A stretch of 18,478 nucleotides of DNA from a virus (lineage: Duplodnaviria > Heunggongvirae > Uroviricota > Caudoviricetes): the IMG/VR virus record IMGVR_UViG_2671180637_000005; one strand, given 5' to 3'. The translations under genes were made by a program, and so were the position numbers. Every line of letters begins with the position of its first letter. Within the stretch, counting starts at the first letter, position 1. Below the pieces are notes generated by a model. It worked only from the letters and a program-made list of their open reading frames with translations. It had not been told where the DNA came from and did no database searches. This document shows positions 1 to 7,346 of the stretch, piece after piece.

Positions 1-180
1 CAGTTTAAGAAAGAATATGAAATGATTAATTATAATGATGGTTGGTATTATGTTCTTGCTCGTTATGATAATTGTCTGGTTTTGTCTACTTCTTTTAATG
101 CAGGTAGTAAAAGGTTTGTCATTTATCAATCAGCACAAGATAAGAATCTTCAGGTTGATATTGTAAGGACCAGAATTTAA
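1..180 (+). CDS. 3' end of an unidentified protein-coding gene (partial, start lies outside the window)
   Basis: Frame 1 is open from base 1 to a TAA at 178-180 (60 codons, ...DGWYYVLARYDNCLVLSTSFNAGSKRFVIYQSAQDKNLQVDIVRTRI*). Visibly AT-rich compared with the structural genes. No family recognised. Confidence 0.35.
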   Translation, partial: QFKKEYEMINYNDGWYYVLARYDNCLVLSTSFNAGSKRFVIYQSAQDKNLQVDIVRTRI

Positions 181-427
181 TTGGCTGCATAAATAATATT
201 TTAAGTTGCAAGTTGGCTATTCGTAGGAATAGAACCTTAGGCATGCTGAATGCGTTTTCTGAACATTGTTTTATAAACTGTGTCTGCTTGCTGTTGTGAT
301 CCTGCTTTTAGTGATGGTGATGATGGATTTCACCAGCAGGATAATGTTGGTACTGACTGATGGCGCTCTGGTCTGCGGCATTGTGGTATTGCTGTGGCCG
401 ATGATGAAAAAACAGAATGAATAATCC

Positions 428-456
428 TTGACTTTTTTGTTTACTGTTTATTAAAA
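428..456 (+). promoter_or_regulatory. candidate sigma70-like promoter (TTGACT -35 with AT-rich -10-like sequence)
   Basis: TTGACT at 428-433 followed 15-17 nt later by TATTAA/TTAAAA. AT-rich context, so chance occurrence is possible. Confidence 0.25.
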
Positions 457-610
457 AATCAACCGCATGGTGAATCCTCCTTGGAGGGGCTAAATGATCG
501 AGTTTTAAGGGCACGTAGCGAGTTCTGTTTGATCATTGCAGAACTTAGCGGGAGGCGCCATGCGTACATCACTAATGTTATTTCCTTCTATCATTTTCCT
601 TGTGAGTTCT

Positions 611-636
611 GGCTGCGCATGGCGCGGCCTTTTTTT
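611..636 (+). terminator. intrinsic terminator-like hairpin plus T-run
   Basis: GGCTGCGC(611-618) / GCGCGGCC(622-629), 8 bp stem with one G-U pair and a 3-nt loop, then TTTTTTT (630-636). Confidence 0.4.
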
Positions 637-817
637 ATGACCTGCCACTGGCAGATGGTCATCCTGTGATTTGATTCCGGTTCCGGCTTTTTAACTCTGT
701 TCCTGTACACGGGAGAAATTCTATGTCGATTAATCGTTATGATATTGGTTACAAGAAGTACCACGTATTGTGTTGAGATAGAAAGCCTGGTGCCAGAGGT
801 AAATGCAGCAGCATAAT

Positions 818-880
818 AAAAAAGAGCCAGCGCAGAAGAGAACGGGTAAAAGAGTCTGCGCTGGCGTGGGGATATTCCCC
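818..880 (-). terminator. leftward intrinsic terminator-like structure (two adjacent hairpins, U-run on minus strand)
   Basis: 11-bp perfect inverted repeat GCCAGCGCAGA(826-836)/TCTGCGCTGGC(855-865) with 18-nt loop; second hairpin GGGGA-TAT-TCCCC (868-880). A6 run at 818-823 on + strand gives a U-run directly 3' of the stem on the minus-strand RNA. Confidence 0.4.
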
Positions 881-1044
881 GTGGAGAAATGATATGTAAC
901 ACACATCGGGAACCTTTCTATATAAACATTATCATTATTGTCAATCATAACAGTCAGGTATTATGACGTTTATGCATCAGGGCCATCAGGAATTAACTGG
1001 TGGCTTTTTATTGTTGTCAGCTTCCGGATAACGGGAGACGGGGT

Positions 1045-1260
1045 ATGTACCAGATGGAAAAAATAACAACAGGTGTGTCATACACCACGTCAGCGGTGGG
1101 GACGGGATACTGGCTACTGCAGTTGCTGGACAAAGTCTCCCCATCCCAGTGGGTGGCAATAGGCGTATTGGGTAGCCTGGTGTTTGGCTTGCTGACGTAT
1201 CTGACAAACCTTTATTTCAAGATTAAAGAAGATAAGCGTAAGGCTGCGAGAGGTGAATAA
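1045..1260 (+). CDS. pinholin, phage 21 S21-like class II holin with dual-start motif
   Basis: Translation [71 protein letters not shown] closely matches my recollection of S21 (...[15 protein letters not shown]...[20 protein letters not shown]). Two TMDs. Two in-frame ATGs at 1045 and 1054. Stop overlaps endolysin start (TAATG). Confidence 0.85.
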   Translation: MYQMEKITTGVSYTTSAVGTGYWLLQLLDKVSPSQWVAIGVLGSLVFGLLTYLTNLYFKIKEDKRKAARGE

Positions 1261-1757
1261 TGTCGCCATCATTACGCAAGGCTGTTGCTGCTGCTATTGG
1301 TGGTGGGGCTGTTGCCATAGCGTCTGTGCTCATCACTGGTCCGAGTGGTGACGATGGCCTGGAAGGTGTCAGCTACATACCATACGAAGATATCGTTGGC
1401 GTATGGACTGTATGTCACGGACACACCGGAAAAGACATCATTCCCGGTAAAACGTATACCGAAGCAGAATGCAAAGCCCTCCTGAATAAAGACCTTGCCA
1501 TGGTCGCCAGACAAATTAACCCGTACATCAAAGTCGATATACCGGAAACAACGCGCGGCGCTCTTTACTCGTTTGTTTACAACGTGGGCGCTGGTAATTT
1601 CAGAACATCGACGCTTCTTCGCAAAATAAACCAGGGTGATATCAAAGGCGCATGTGACCAGCTACGTCGCTGGACATACGCTGGCGGTAAGCAATGGAAA
1701 GGCCTGATGACTCGTCGTGAGATTGAGCGTGAAGTCTGTTTGTGGGGGCAGCAATGA
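1260..1757 (+). CDS. SAR endolysin (signal-anchor-release T4-lysozyme-type muramidase, R21-like)
   Basis: N-terminal Gly/Ala-rich weakly hydrophobic SAR segment ([21 protein letters not shown]) followed by E...D...T catalytic region ([16 protein letters not shown]). Near-identical to recalled phage 21 R. Confidence 0.9.
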   Translation: MSPSLRKAVAAAIGGGAVAIASVLITGPSGDDGLEGVSYIPYEDIVGVWTVCHGHTGKDIIPGKTYTEAECKALLNKDLAMVARQINPYIKVDIPETTRGALYSFVYNVGAGNFRTSTLLRKINQGDIKGACDQLRRWTYAGGKQWKGLMTRREIEREVCLWGQQ

Positions 1758-2221
1758 GCAGAGTAACCGCGATTATCTCCGCTCTGATTATCTGCATCAT
1801 CGTCTGCCTGTCATGGGCTGTTAATCATTACCGTGATAACGCCATCGCCTACAAAGAGCAGCGCGACAAAAACGCCAGAGAGCTGAAGCAGGCGACCGCC
1901 ACCATTACTGACATGCAGCAGCGCCAGCGTGCTGCTGATGTACTCGATGCTAAATACACGAAGGAGTTAGCCAATGCGAAAGCTGAAAATGATGCTCTTC
2001 GGCGTAAGCTTGATAATGGTGGTCGGGTGCTCGTCAAAGGAAAATGCCCTGTGCCAGCCTCAGCCAAAACCTCCAGCGCCTCCGGCATGGGCAATGAGGC
2101 CACCGTCGAACTCTCTTCAGTTGCTGGACGAAACGTTCTCGGTATCCGGGACGGAATTATCCGTGACCAAACAGCACTGAGAACGCTTCAGGAGTACATC
2201 AGGACGCAATGCCTGAAATAA
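1754..2221 (+). CDS. i-spanin Rz (lambda-like)
   Basis: [45 protein letters not shown]... closely matches recalled lambda Rz. N-terminal TMD then coiled-coil periplasmic domain. ATG 1754 overlaps endolysin stop (ATGA). Confidence 0.9.
   Translation: MSRVTAIISALIICIIVCLSWAVNHYRDNAIAYKEQRDKNARELKQATATITDMQQRQRAADVLDAKYTKELANAKAENDALRRKLDNGGRVLVKGKCPVPASAKTSSASGMGNEATVELSSVAGRNVLGIRDGIIRDQTALRTLQEYIRTQCLK
1974..2180 (+). CDS. o-spanin Rz1, lipoprotein embedded in the +1 frame of Rz
   Basis: Entirely inside Rz in another frame. Signal peptide with lipobox VVGC then Pro-rich mature part ([18 protein letters not shown]). Resembles lambda Rz1. Confidence 0.85.
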   Translation: MRKLKMMLFGVSLIMVVGCSSKENALCQPQPKPPAPPAWAMRPPSNSLQLLDETFSVSGTELSVTKQH

Positions 2222-2254
2222 ATTTTTTTGCAAATCACAAAGTCAATTTAATGA

Positions 2255-2277
2255 GCCTCGCGATGCGGGGCTTTTTT
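2255..2277 (+). terminator. intrinsic terminator-like hairpin downstream of Rz
   Basis: GCCTCGC(2255-2261) / GCGGGGC(2265-2271) stem, 3-nt loop, followed by TTTTTT (2272-2277). Confidence 0.55.
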
Positions 2278-2420
2278 ATGTCCGCAGTAAACGCGCATCT
2301 CACGCGCATATTAACGAGAGCCTTTCAGTAAGCGAGCCTGAGAAATGCCGTTATAGGTGGCGACCTCTCTCGGGCGGCTTTTCTGTGAGACAGGCTCACT
2401 TTCTAAAAGGTAAAGACGCT

Positions 2421-2945
2421 ATGAATAATCATTCAGTTATTCCAGCCTTCGACTTCCGAGAAATGGTGCAAGCCAAAAACGGAGAGGTCGTTACCACATC
2501 CAGAAAAATTGCCAAGTACTTCGGCAAGCGACACGGTGATGTTCTCAGGAAAATCGAGCAGGTTAAGGCTGATTGCTCGCGTGAGTTTAGCCAACGCAAT
2601 TTTGCGTCGGCTGATTATATCGATGAGCAGGGCAAGGTTCGCCCGATGTACAGCCTGACGAAAGATGGCTGGATCATGGTTGTGATGGGGTTCACCGGGA
2701 AAGCTGCTGCGGCAATCAAGGAGAGCTATATCGCAGCATTCAACTGGATGGCAGAGCAACTGAGCCGCCGCATGGCAATTGGCGAAGAAATGCAGCACCG
2801 CTACGCCATCAAAGAAACACGCTCAAAGCTGAAAGGTACGATCGGCAGTCGGTTAATGAACGAACGGAAGAGAGAGAAGCGTGTCCTGGCTGTCGAGCAT
2901 GAATACATTTTGCAGGTGACACAGCCTGAACTGCTGATTAATTGA
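2421..2945 (+). CDS. Rha-family phage regulatory protein (moron position between lysis cassette and cos)
   Basis: N-terminal region ...VTTSRKIAKYFGKRHGDVLRKIEQ... matches the Rha signature as I recall it. ORF open from 2385, but ATG 2421 (MNNHSV) is the more plausible start. C-terminal ~80 aa unassigned. Confidence 0.7.
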   Translation: MNNHSVIPAFDFREMVQAKNGEVVTTSRKIAKYFGKRHGDVLRKIEQVKADCSREFSQRNFASADYIDEQGKVRPMYSLTKDGWIMVVMGFTGKAAAAIKESYIAAFNWMAEQLSRRMAIGEEMQHRYAIKETRSKLKGTIGSRLMNERKREKRVLAVEHEYILQVTQPELLIN

Positions 2946-3341
2946 AGATGTCATTACAAAGCCTATCTACGGGTGGGCTTGATAATGGCTTATACCCTGC
3001 ACGGGATAACTTAACTGATATCCCTTTTAACGGATAAAGGTATTCAGGCCAGACACATCATGCGCTGTATCGTCGCCGTATTCCCGCATTAACCATGACC
3101 GTAGCCCGACGGGGAACTCCTCTGCGTGAGTGTGCGGGAATAATCAAAAACGATGCACACCGGGTTTTTACCGCGTTTATGATTCGTGGGTTTGTCCCTC
3201 ATGCTCGCCAGTCCTGTGCGGGGGTGGAAGAAACAGGACACTTACACAGATTCTTGTGGGCACGATGCTATGCCTTTCTGGATTATCCCGATGCCATTCA
3301 TGCAAGGCGTTGTATCAGACGTTCGTCAGAGTTGTCAGGCT

Positions 3342-3390
3342 GACGGGTCCTCCCGGTGGGGTGGCCTGCCACGGGGCGGGAGCGTCGCGG
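3342..3390. other. cos site: cosQ-like and cosN-like elements of a lambda-type cohesive-end site
   Basis: GACGGGTCCTCCCGGTG (3342-3358) resembles lambda cosQ (ACGGGTCCTTTCCGGTG). ACG|GGGCGGGAGCGTCGCGG (3371-3390) resembles the lambda cosN junction (ACG|GGGCGGCGACCTCGCGG). Lies ~180 bp upstream of the small terminase gene, as in lambda. Lambda sequence is recalled from memory. Confidence 0.5.
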
Positions 3391-3428
3391 AAAAAGGCTA
3401 GTTTTTGAAATTTTATTCGTCATCACCA

Positions 3429-3456
3429 CCACTGTAATTGATTGATATTACAGTGG
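3429..3456. repeat. perfect 10-bp inverted repeat in the cosB-equivalent interval
   Basis: CCACTGTAAT (3429-3438) / ATTACAGTGG (3447-3456) with 8-nt spacer TGATTGAT, followed by TTTTATTTTC. Candidate terminase or host-factor binding site, or a terminator. Confidence 0.4.
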
Positions 3457-3559
3457 TTTTATTTTCATGGTGTCGATTCTGATTGTTTTTTGTTCATCAC
3501 TAACACCGTTTGCCTAAAGTTGTTCGCAAGATGCATGTTTAAAACATTCTGGAGCGGGT

Positions 3560-4054
3560 ATGGATCGAGAGTTAAAAAATCTGACGCTGAATATCAGTCA
3601 ACTGGCGGCATTGTCAGGTGTACATCGCCAGACTGCTGCGGCAAGGCTGCAAAATCTACCCGTTGCAGGGGGGCATGAAAGCAACCTCAAGCTTTATCGG
3701 GTGGTTGATATTGTGTCGGCATTTCTGGCATTACCACCGCCGGTTGCAGAAGGCGAAATGGACGCGCATGAGCGCAAAGCCTGGTATCAGTCTGAACGTG
3801 AGCGTCTTAAGTTCGAACAGGAAACGGCACAACTCATTCCGGCCAGTGATGTCAGACGGGAGTTTGCCATCTGGGCAAAAGCGGTCGTGCAGGTGCTGGA
3901 GACATTACCGGATATTCTTGAACGTGACTGCGGTCTGCAGCCTGCCGCTGTGAGCCGTGTTCAGTCCATTATTGATGATCTGCGCGATCAGATAGCCCTG
4001 CGGGTGACTGAAGCAGGTGCGGATGATGAGGAGGAATTACAGCAGGAGGAGTAA
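3560..4054 (+). CDS. terminase small subunit (Nu1-like, N-terminal HTH DNA-binding)
   Basis: Position immediately downstream of cos and upstream of terL. N-terminal HTH-like segment (LTLNISQLAALSGVHRQTAAARLQN), acidic C-terminus. RBS GGAG upstream. Stop overlaps terL start (TAATG). Confidence 0.75.
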   Translation: MDRELKNLTLNISQLAALSGVHRQTAAARLQNLPVAGGHESNLKLYRVVDIVSAFLALPPPVAEGEMDAHERKAWYQSERERLKFEQETAQLIPASDVRREFAIWAKAVVQVLETLPDILERDCGLQPAAVSRVQSIIDDLRDQIALRVTEAGADDEEELQQEE

Positions 4055-5838
4055 TGCTGAATCAGGAAACCGCAAAGGCAGCACGAACCGATTCAGGTTA
4101 TATCCTTCGCGCACCGAGACGAATGCGGGTTGCTGATGCCGTTGCTCAGTATATGCGGGTGCCTATGGGGGCAGGGAACTCAGTCCCGTGGGATCCGCTG
4201 GTGGCACCGTATGTTATTGAGCCTATGAACTGCCTGGCCTCGCGTGAATACGACGCAGTGATATTTGTTGGCCCGGCACGAACCGGCAAGACTATCGGCC
4301 TGATTGACGGCTGGGTGATTTACAACGTGATTTGCGATCCTGCTGATATGCTGATCATTCAGATGACGGAGGAAAAAGCCCGCGAACACTCCAAAAAACG
4401 ACTCGCCAGAACGTTTCGCGTCAGCCCGGAAGTGGTCAGTCGCCTGAGTCCGAACAAAAATGACAACAACGTTTATGACAGAACATTCCTTGCTGGCAAC
4501 TACCTGAAAATCGGCTGGCCGTCAGTCAATATCATGTCTTCATCAGATTATAAATGCGTGGCGCTGACGGATTATGACCGTTTTCCGGAAGATATTGATG
4601 GTGAGGGGGATGCCTTCTCTCTTGCCTCAAAACGTACCACCACATTTATGTCCAGTGGTATGACGCTGGTGGAGAGTTCCCCCGGCAGGGATGTGAAGGA
4701 TGTGAAATGGCGACGGACTTCACCGCATGAGGCTCCACCAACCACGGGGATCCTGTCGCTCTATAACCGTGGCGATCGCCGTCGCTGGTACTGGCCCTGT
4801 CCACACTGTGGTGAGTATTTTCAGCCCTGCGGCGATGTGGTTGCTGGTTTCCGTGATATTGCCGATCCTGTGCTGGCAAGTGAGGCGGCTTATATTCAGT
4901 GTCCTTCCTGTTCAGGACGGATTTTGCCTGAACAAAAACGCGAGCTGAACGGACGTGGGGTCTGGTTACGGGATGGTGAATCCATCAATGCAGATGGCAG
5001 TCGTTATGGTGATCCCCGGCGTTCACGTATTGCGTCATTCTGGATGGAGGGTCCGGCAGCTGCTTATCAGACACTCTCGCAACTCGTTTACAAACTGCTT
5101 ACTGCAGAACAGGAATACGAGACAACCGGAAGTGAAGAGACACTCAAGACGGTTATCAATACCGACTGGGGATTACCTTATCTTCCCCGCGCCAGCATGG
5201 AGCAACGAAAAAGTGAATTGCTTGAGCAGCGGGCAGAGCCAGTTCCTTCCCGCAGTGTGCCGGATGGCGTTAATTTCCTTGTGGCGACAGTGGATGTGCA
5301 GGCGGGACGTCATCGCCGTTTTGTGGTTCAGGTAACGGGCTATGGCAGCCGTGGCGAACGCTGGATTATTGATCGTTACAACATCACGCAGTCATTGCGC
5401 GGTGACAGCGACGGGGAGAGCCAGCGAATTGATCCGGCCAGCTATCCGGAAGACTGGGATGTCCTGCTGACGGATGTTTTTCATAAAAGCTGGCCGCTGG
5501 CCTCCGATCCTTCTCAACAAATGCGACTGATGGCAATGGCGGTGGACTCCGGCGGTGAAGACGGGGTCACTGATAATGCCTATAAATTCTGGCGTCGTTG
5601 CCGTCGTGATGGCCTTGGTAAACGTATTTACCTGTTTAAGGGCGACAGCATCCGGCGCGCAAAACTGATCACCCGTACATTCCCTGATAACACCGGACGA
5701 ACGGGCCGACGGGCGCAGGCCGCAGGTGATGTGCCGCTCTGGCTTCTTCAGACGGATGCCCTGAAAGATCGGGTGAATAACGCGTTATGGCGTGACTCGC
5801 CAGGTCCCGGCTGGCGAGGTTCTGATGGCAATTCTTGA
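4054..5838 (+). CDS. terminase large subunit (GpA family)
   Basis: 594 aa. Walker A-like GPARTGKT; CPHCGE zinc-ribbon-like motif and VWLRDGE segment shared with lambda gpA (recalled). Followed directly by portal. Confidence 0.9.
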   Translation: MLNQETAKAARTDSGYILRAPRRMRVADAVAQYMRVPMGAGNSVPWDPLVAPYVIEPMNCLASREYDAVIFVGPARTGKTIGLIDGWVIYNVICDPADMLIIQMTEEKAREHSKKRLARTFRVSPEVVSRLSPNKNDNNVYDRTFLAGNYLKIGWPSVNIMSSSDYKCVALTDYDRFPEDIDGEGDAFSLASKRTTTFMSSGMTLVESSPGRDVKDVKWRRTSPHEAPPTTGILSLYNRGDRRRWYWPCPHCGEYFQPCGDVVAGFRDIADPVLASEAAYIQCPSCSGRILPEQKRELNGRGVWLRDGESINADGSRYGDPRRSRIASFWMEGPAAAYQTLSQLVYKLLTAEQEYETTGSEETLKTVINTDWGLPYLPRASMEQRKSELLEQRAEPVPSRSVPDGVNFLVATVDVQAGRHRRFVVQVTGYGSRGERWIIDRYNITQSLRGDSDGESQRIDPASYPEDWDVLLTDVFHKSWPLASDPSQQMRLMAMAVDSGGEDGVTDNAYKFWRRCRRDGLGKRIYLFKGDSIRRAKLITRTFPDNTGRTGRRAQAAGDVPLWLLQTDALKDRVNNALWRDSPGPGWRGSDGNS

Positions 5839-7333
5839 TGATGTGATTGGCGTTTTTTCACCAGGATGGAAAGCGGCAAGGCTGCGTTCCCGTACGGTGA
5901 TCCAGGCTTATGAGGCCGTAAAAACGACGCGGACACACAAAGCCCGGCGGGAAAACCGAACTGCCGACCAGTTAAGCCAGTACGGGGCCGTGTCGTTACG
6001 TGAGCAGGCCCGTTACCTTGATAACAACCACGATCTGGTTATTGGTGTATTTGATAAGCTGGAAGAACGGGTGGTGGGGAAAAACGGGATTATTGTCGAG
6101 CCACATCCGGTATTACGCAATGGGGCCATTGCCCGTGACCTGGCTGCGGAGATTCGCACCCGATGGAGTGAATGGTCTGTCAGCCCGGAAGTCACCGGGC
6201 AGTTTACCCGTCCGATGCTGGAACGTCTGATGCTGCGTACCTGGCTGCGCGATGGTGAGGTGTTTGCCCAGATGGTTTCCGGGCGCATAAACAGCCTGAC
6301 GCCTTCTGCCGGTGTTCATTTCTGGCTGGAGGCGCTCGAGCCGGACTTTATTCCCATGACCAGTGATGAGAGCAACAGGCTGAATCAGGGCGTGTTTGTT
6401 GATGACTGGGGGCGTCCCGAAAAATATCTGGTGTATAAAAGCCGTCCCGTATCCGGACGGCAGATGGAAACCAAAGAAGTGGATGCAGAGCGAATGCTGC
6501 ATCTTAAATTTGTTCGCCGTCTGCACCAGATGCGCGGGACGTCTTTATTGTCCGGTGTGCTGATCCGCCTCAGTGCTCTGAAAGAGTATGAAGATTCTGA
6601 GCTGACTGCAGCAAGGATCGCCGCTGCTCTGGGGATGTACATCCGGAAAGGCGACGGGCAGAGCTATGAAGCGGATGGTAATGGCAGCAAGGATAAGGAA
6701 CGCGAGCTTACCATTCAGCCAGGCATTATTTACGACGATCTGAAACCCGGCGAAGAAATCGGAATGGTGAAGTCGGATCGTCCCAATCCTAACCTTGAAA
6801 CTTTTCGTAATGGTCAGTTGCGTGCCGTGGCGGCGGGCAGTCGTCTGAGTTTTTCCAGTACGGCACGCAACTATAACGGCACTTACAGCGCCCAGCGTCA
6901 GGAGCTGGTTGAATCCACTGATGGCTACCTGATCCTGCAGGACTGGTTTATTGGTGCCGTCACCCGCCCGATGTATCGTGCCTGGCTGAAACTGGCTGTG
7001 GCATCCGGTGTTATCAGGCTACCCCGCGATCTTGATCGTTCTTCACTGTATACCGCGGTGTATTCCGGACCGGTGATGCCGTGGATTGACCCTGTTAAGG
7101 AGGCTGAGGCCTGGAAAATTCAGATTCGTGGTGGAGCGGCGACAGAATCAGACTGGGTACGTGCAGGTGGTCGTAATCCGGATGATGTCAAACGTCGGCG
7201 CAAGGCCGAAATTGATGAAAACCGCAAGCTGGATCTGGTATTTGATACCGATCCGGCCAGTGATAAAGGAGGCAGCAGTGCCGCAACGAAACGACAGGAG
7301 CCGCAGCACACCGACGACCAGTCCGAAGAATAA
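5825..7333 (+). CDS. portal protein (lambda gpB family)
   Basis: ~500 aa ORF between terL and the protease/capsid gene. ORF is open from GTG 5792; ATG 5825 with GAGG 7 nt upstream preferred. Acidic C-terminal tail. Confidence 0.85.
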   Translation: MAILDDVIGVFSPGWKAARLRSRTVIQAYEAVKTTRTHKARRENRTADQLSQYGAVSLREQARYLDNNHDLVIGVFDKLEERVVGKNGIIVEPHPVLRNGAIARDLAAEIRTRWSEWSVSPEVTGQFTRPMLERLMLRTWLRDGEVFAQMVSGRINSLTPSAGVHFWLEALEPDFIPMTSDESNRLNQGVFVDDWGRPEKYLVYKSRPVSGRQMETKEVDAERMLHLKFVRRLHQMRGTSLLSGVLIRLSALKEYEDSELTAARIAAALGMYIRKGDGQSYEADGNGSKDKERELTIQPGIIYDDLKPGEEIGMVKSDRPNPNLETFRNGQLRAVAAGSRLSFSSTARNYNGTYSAQRQELVESTDGYLILQDWFIGAVTRPMYRAWLKLAVASGVIRLPRDLDRSSLYTAVYSGPVMPWIDPVKEAEAWKIQIRGGAATESDWVRAGGRNPDDVKRRRKAEIDENRKLDLVFDTDPASDKGGSSAATKRQEPQHTDDQSEE

Positions 7334-7346
7334 TTCCTGGTTCAGG

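Noticed and set aside
217-232. Short hairpin CTATTC-GTAG-GAATAG just after the partial ORF stop
   Set aside because: Only a 6-bp AT-rich stem with no following T-run; too weak to call a terminator.
308-514. Minus-strand 68-aa ORF ending in a His run
   Set aside because: Antisense shadow of the small hydrophobic + strand ORF, no RBS; likely spurious.
481-669. Plus-strand 62-aa ORF MEGLNDRVLR...
   Set aside because: Spans the promoter-proximal region and the terminator hairpin, with no RBS and no recognisable features.
730-948. Minus-strand 72-aa ORF (internal Met MCVTYHF... with AAAGG upstream)
   Set aside because: It reads straight through the 11-bp perfect inverted repeat and U-run, which is better explained as an RNA terminator structure. 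Kept only as an alternative in the sRNA finding.
180-1000. Possible tRNA genes in the Q-S interval, as seen in some related prophages
   Set aside because: No GC-rich ~75-nt segment with T-loop-like GTTCGA/GTTCAA motifs or cloverleaf symmetry was visible.
1000-1044. N-terminal extension of the holin ORF ([15 protein letters not shown]...)
   Set aside because: Homology to S21 begins at the MYQMEK dual-start motif; the upstream part is probably untranslated leader.
3095-3408. Three overlapping + strand ORFs (82, 92, 71 aa) in the GC-rich segment between the Rha gene and cos
   Set aside because: All three frames are open at once (a composition effect), there are no RBSs, and they run into or across the predicted cosQ/cosN. 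Treated as non-coding packaging-site DNA.
3442-3678. 78-aa + ORF overlapping the start of the small terminase gene
   Set aside because: Begins inside the cosB-region palindrome and overlaps a well-supported terminase gene in another frame.
3618-3953. 111-aa alternate-frame ORF inside the small terminase gene
   Set aside because: Embedded out-of-frame in a supported gene with no independent support.
7086-7346. Upstream extension of the protease-capsid ORF overlapping the portal C-terminus
   Set aside because: An 87-codon overlap with the portal is unlikely; ATG 7347 directly after the portal stop is more parsimonious, though not certain.
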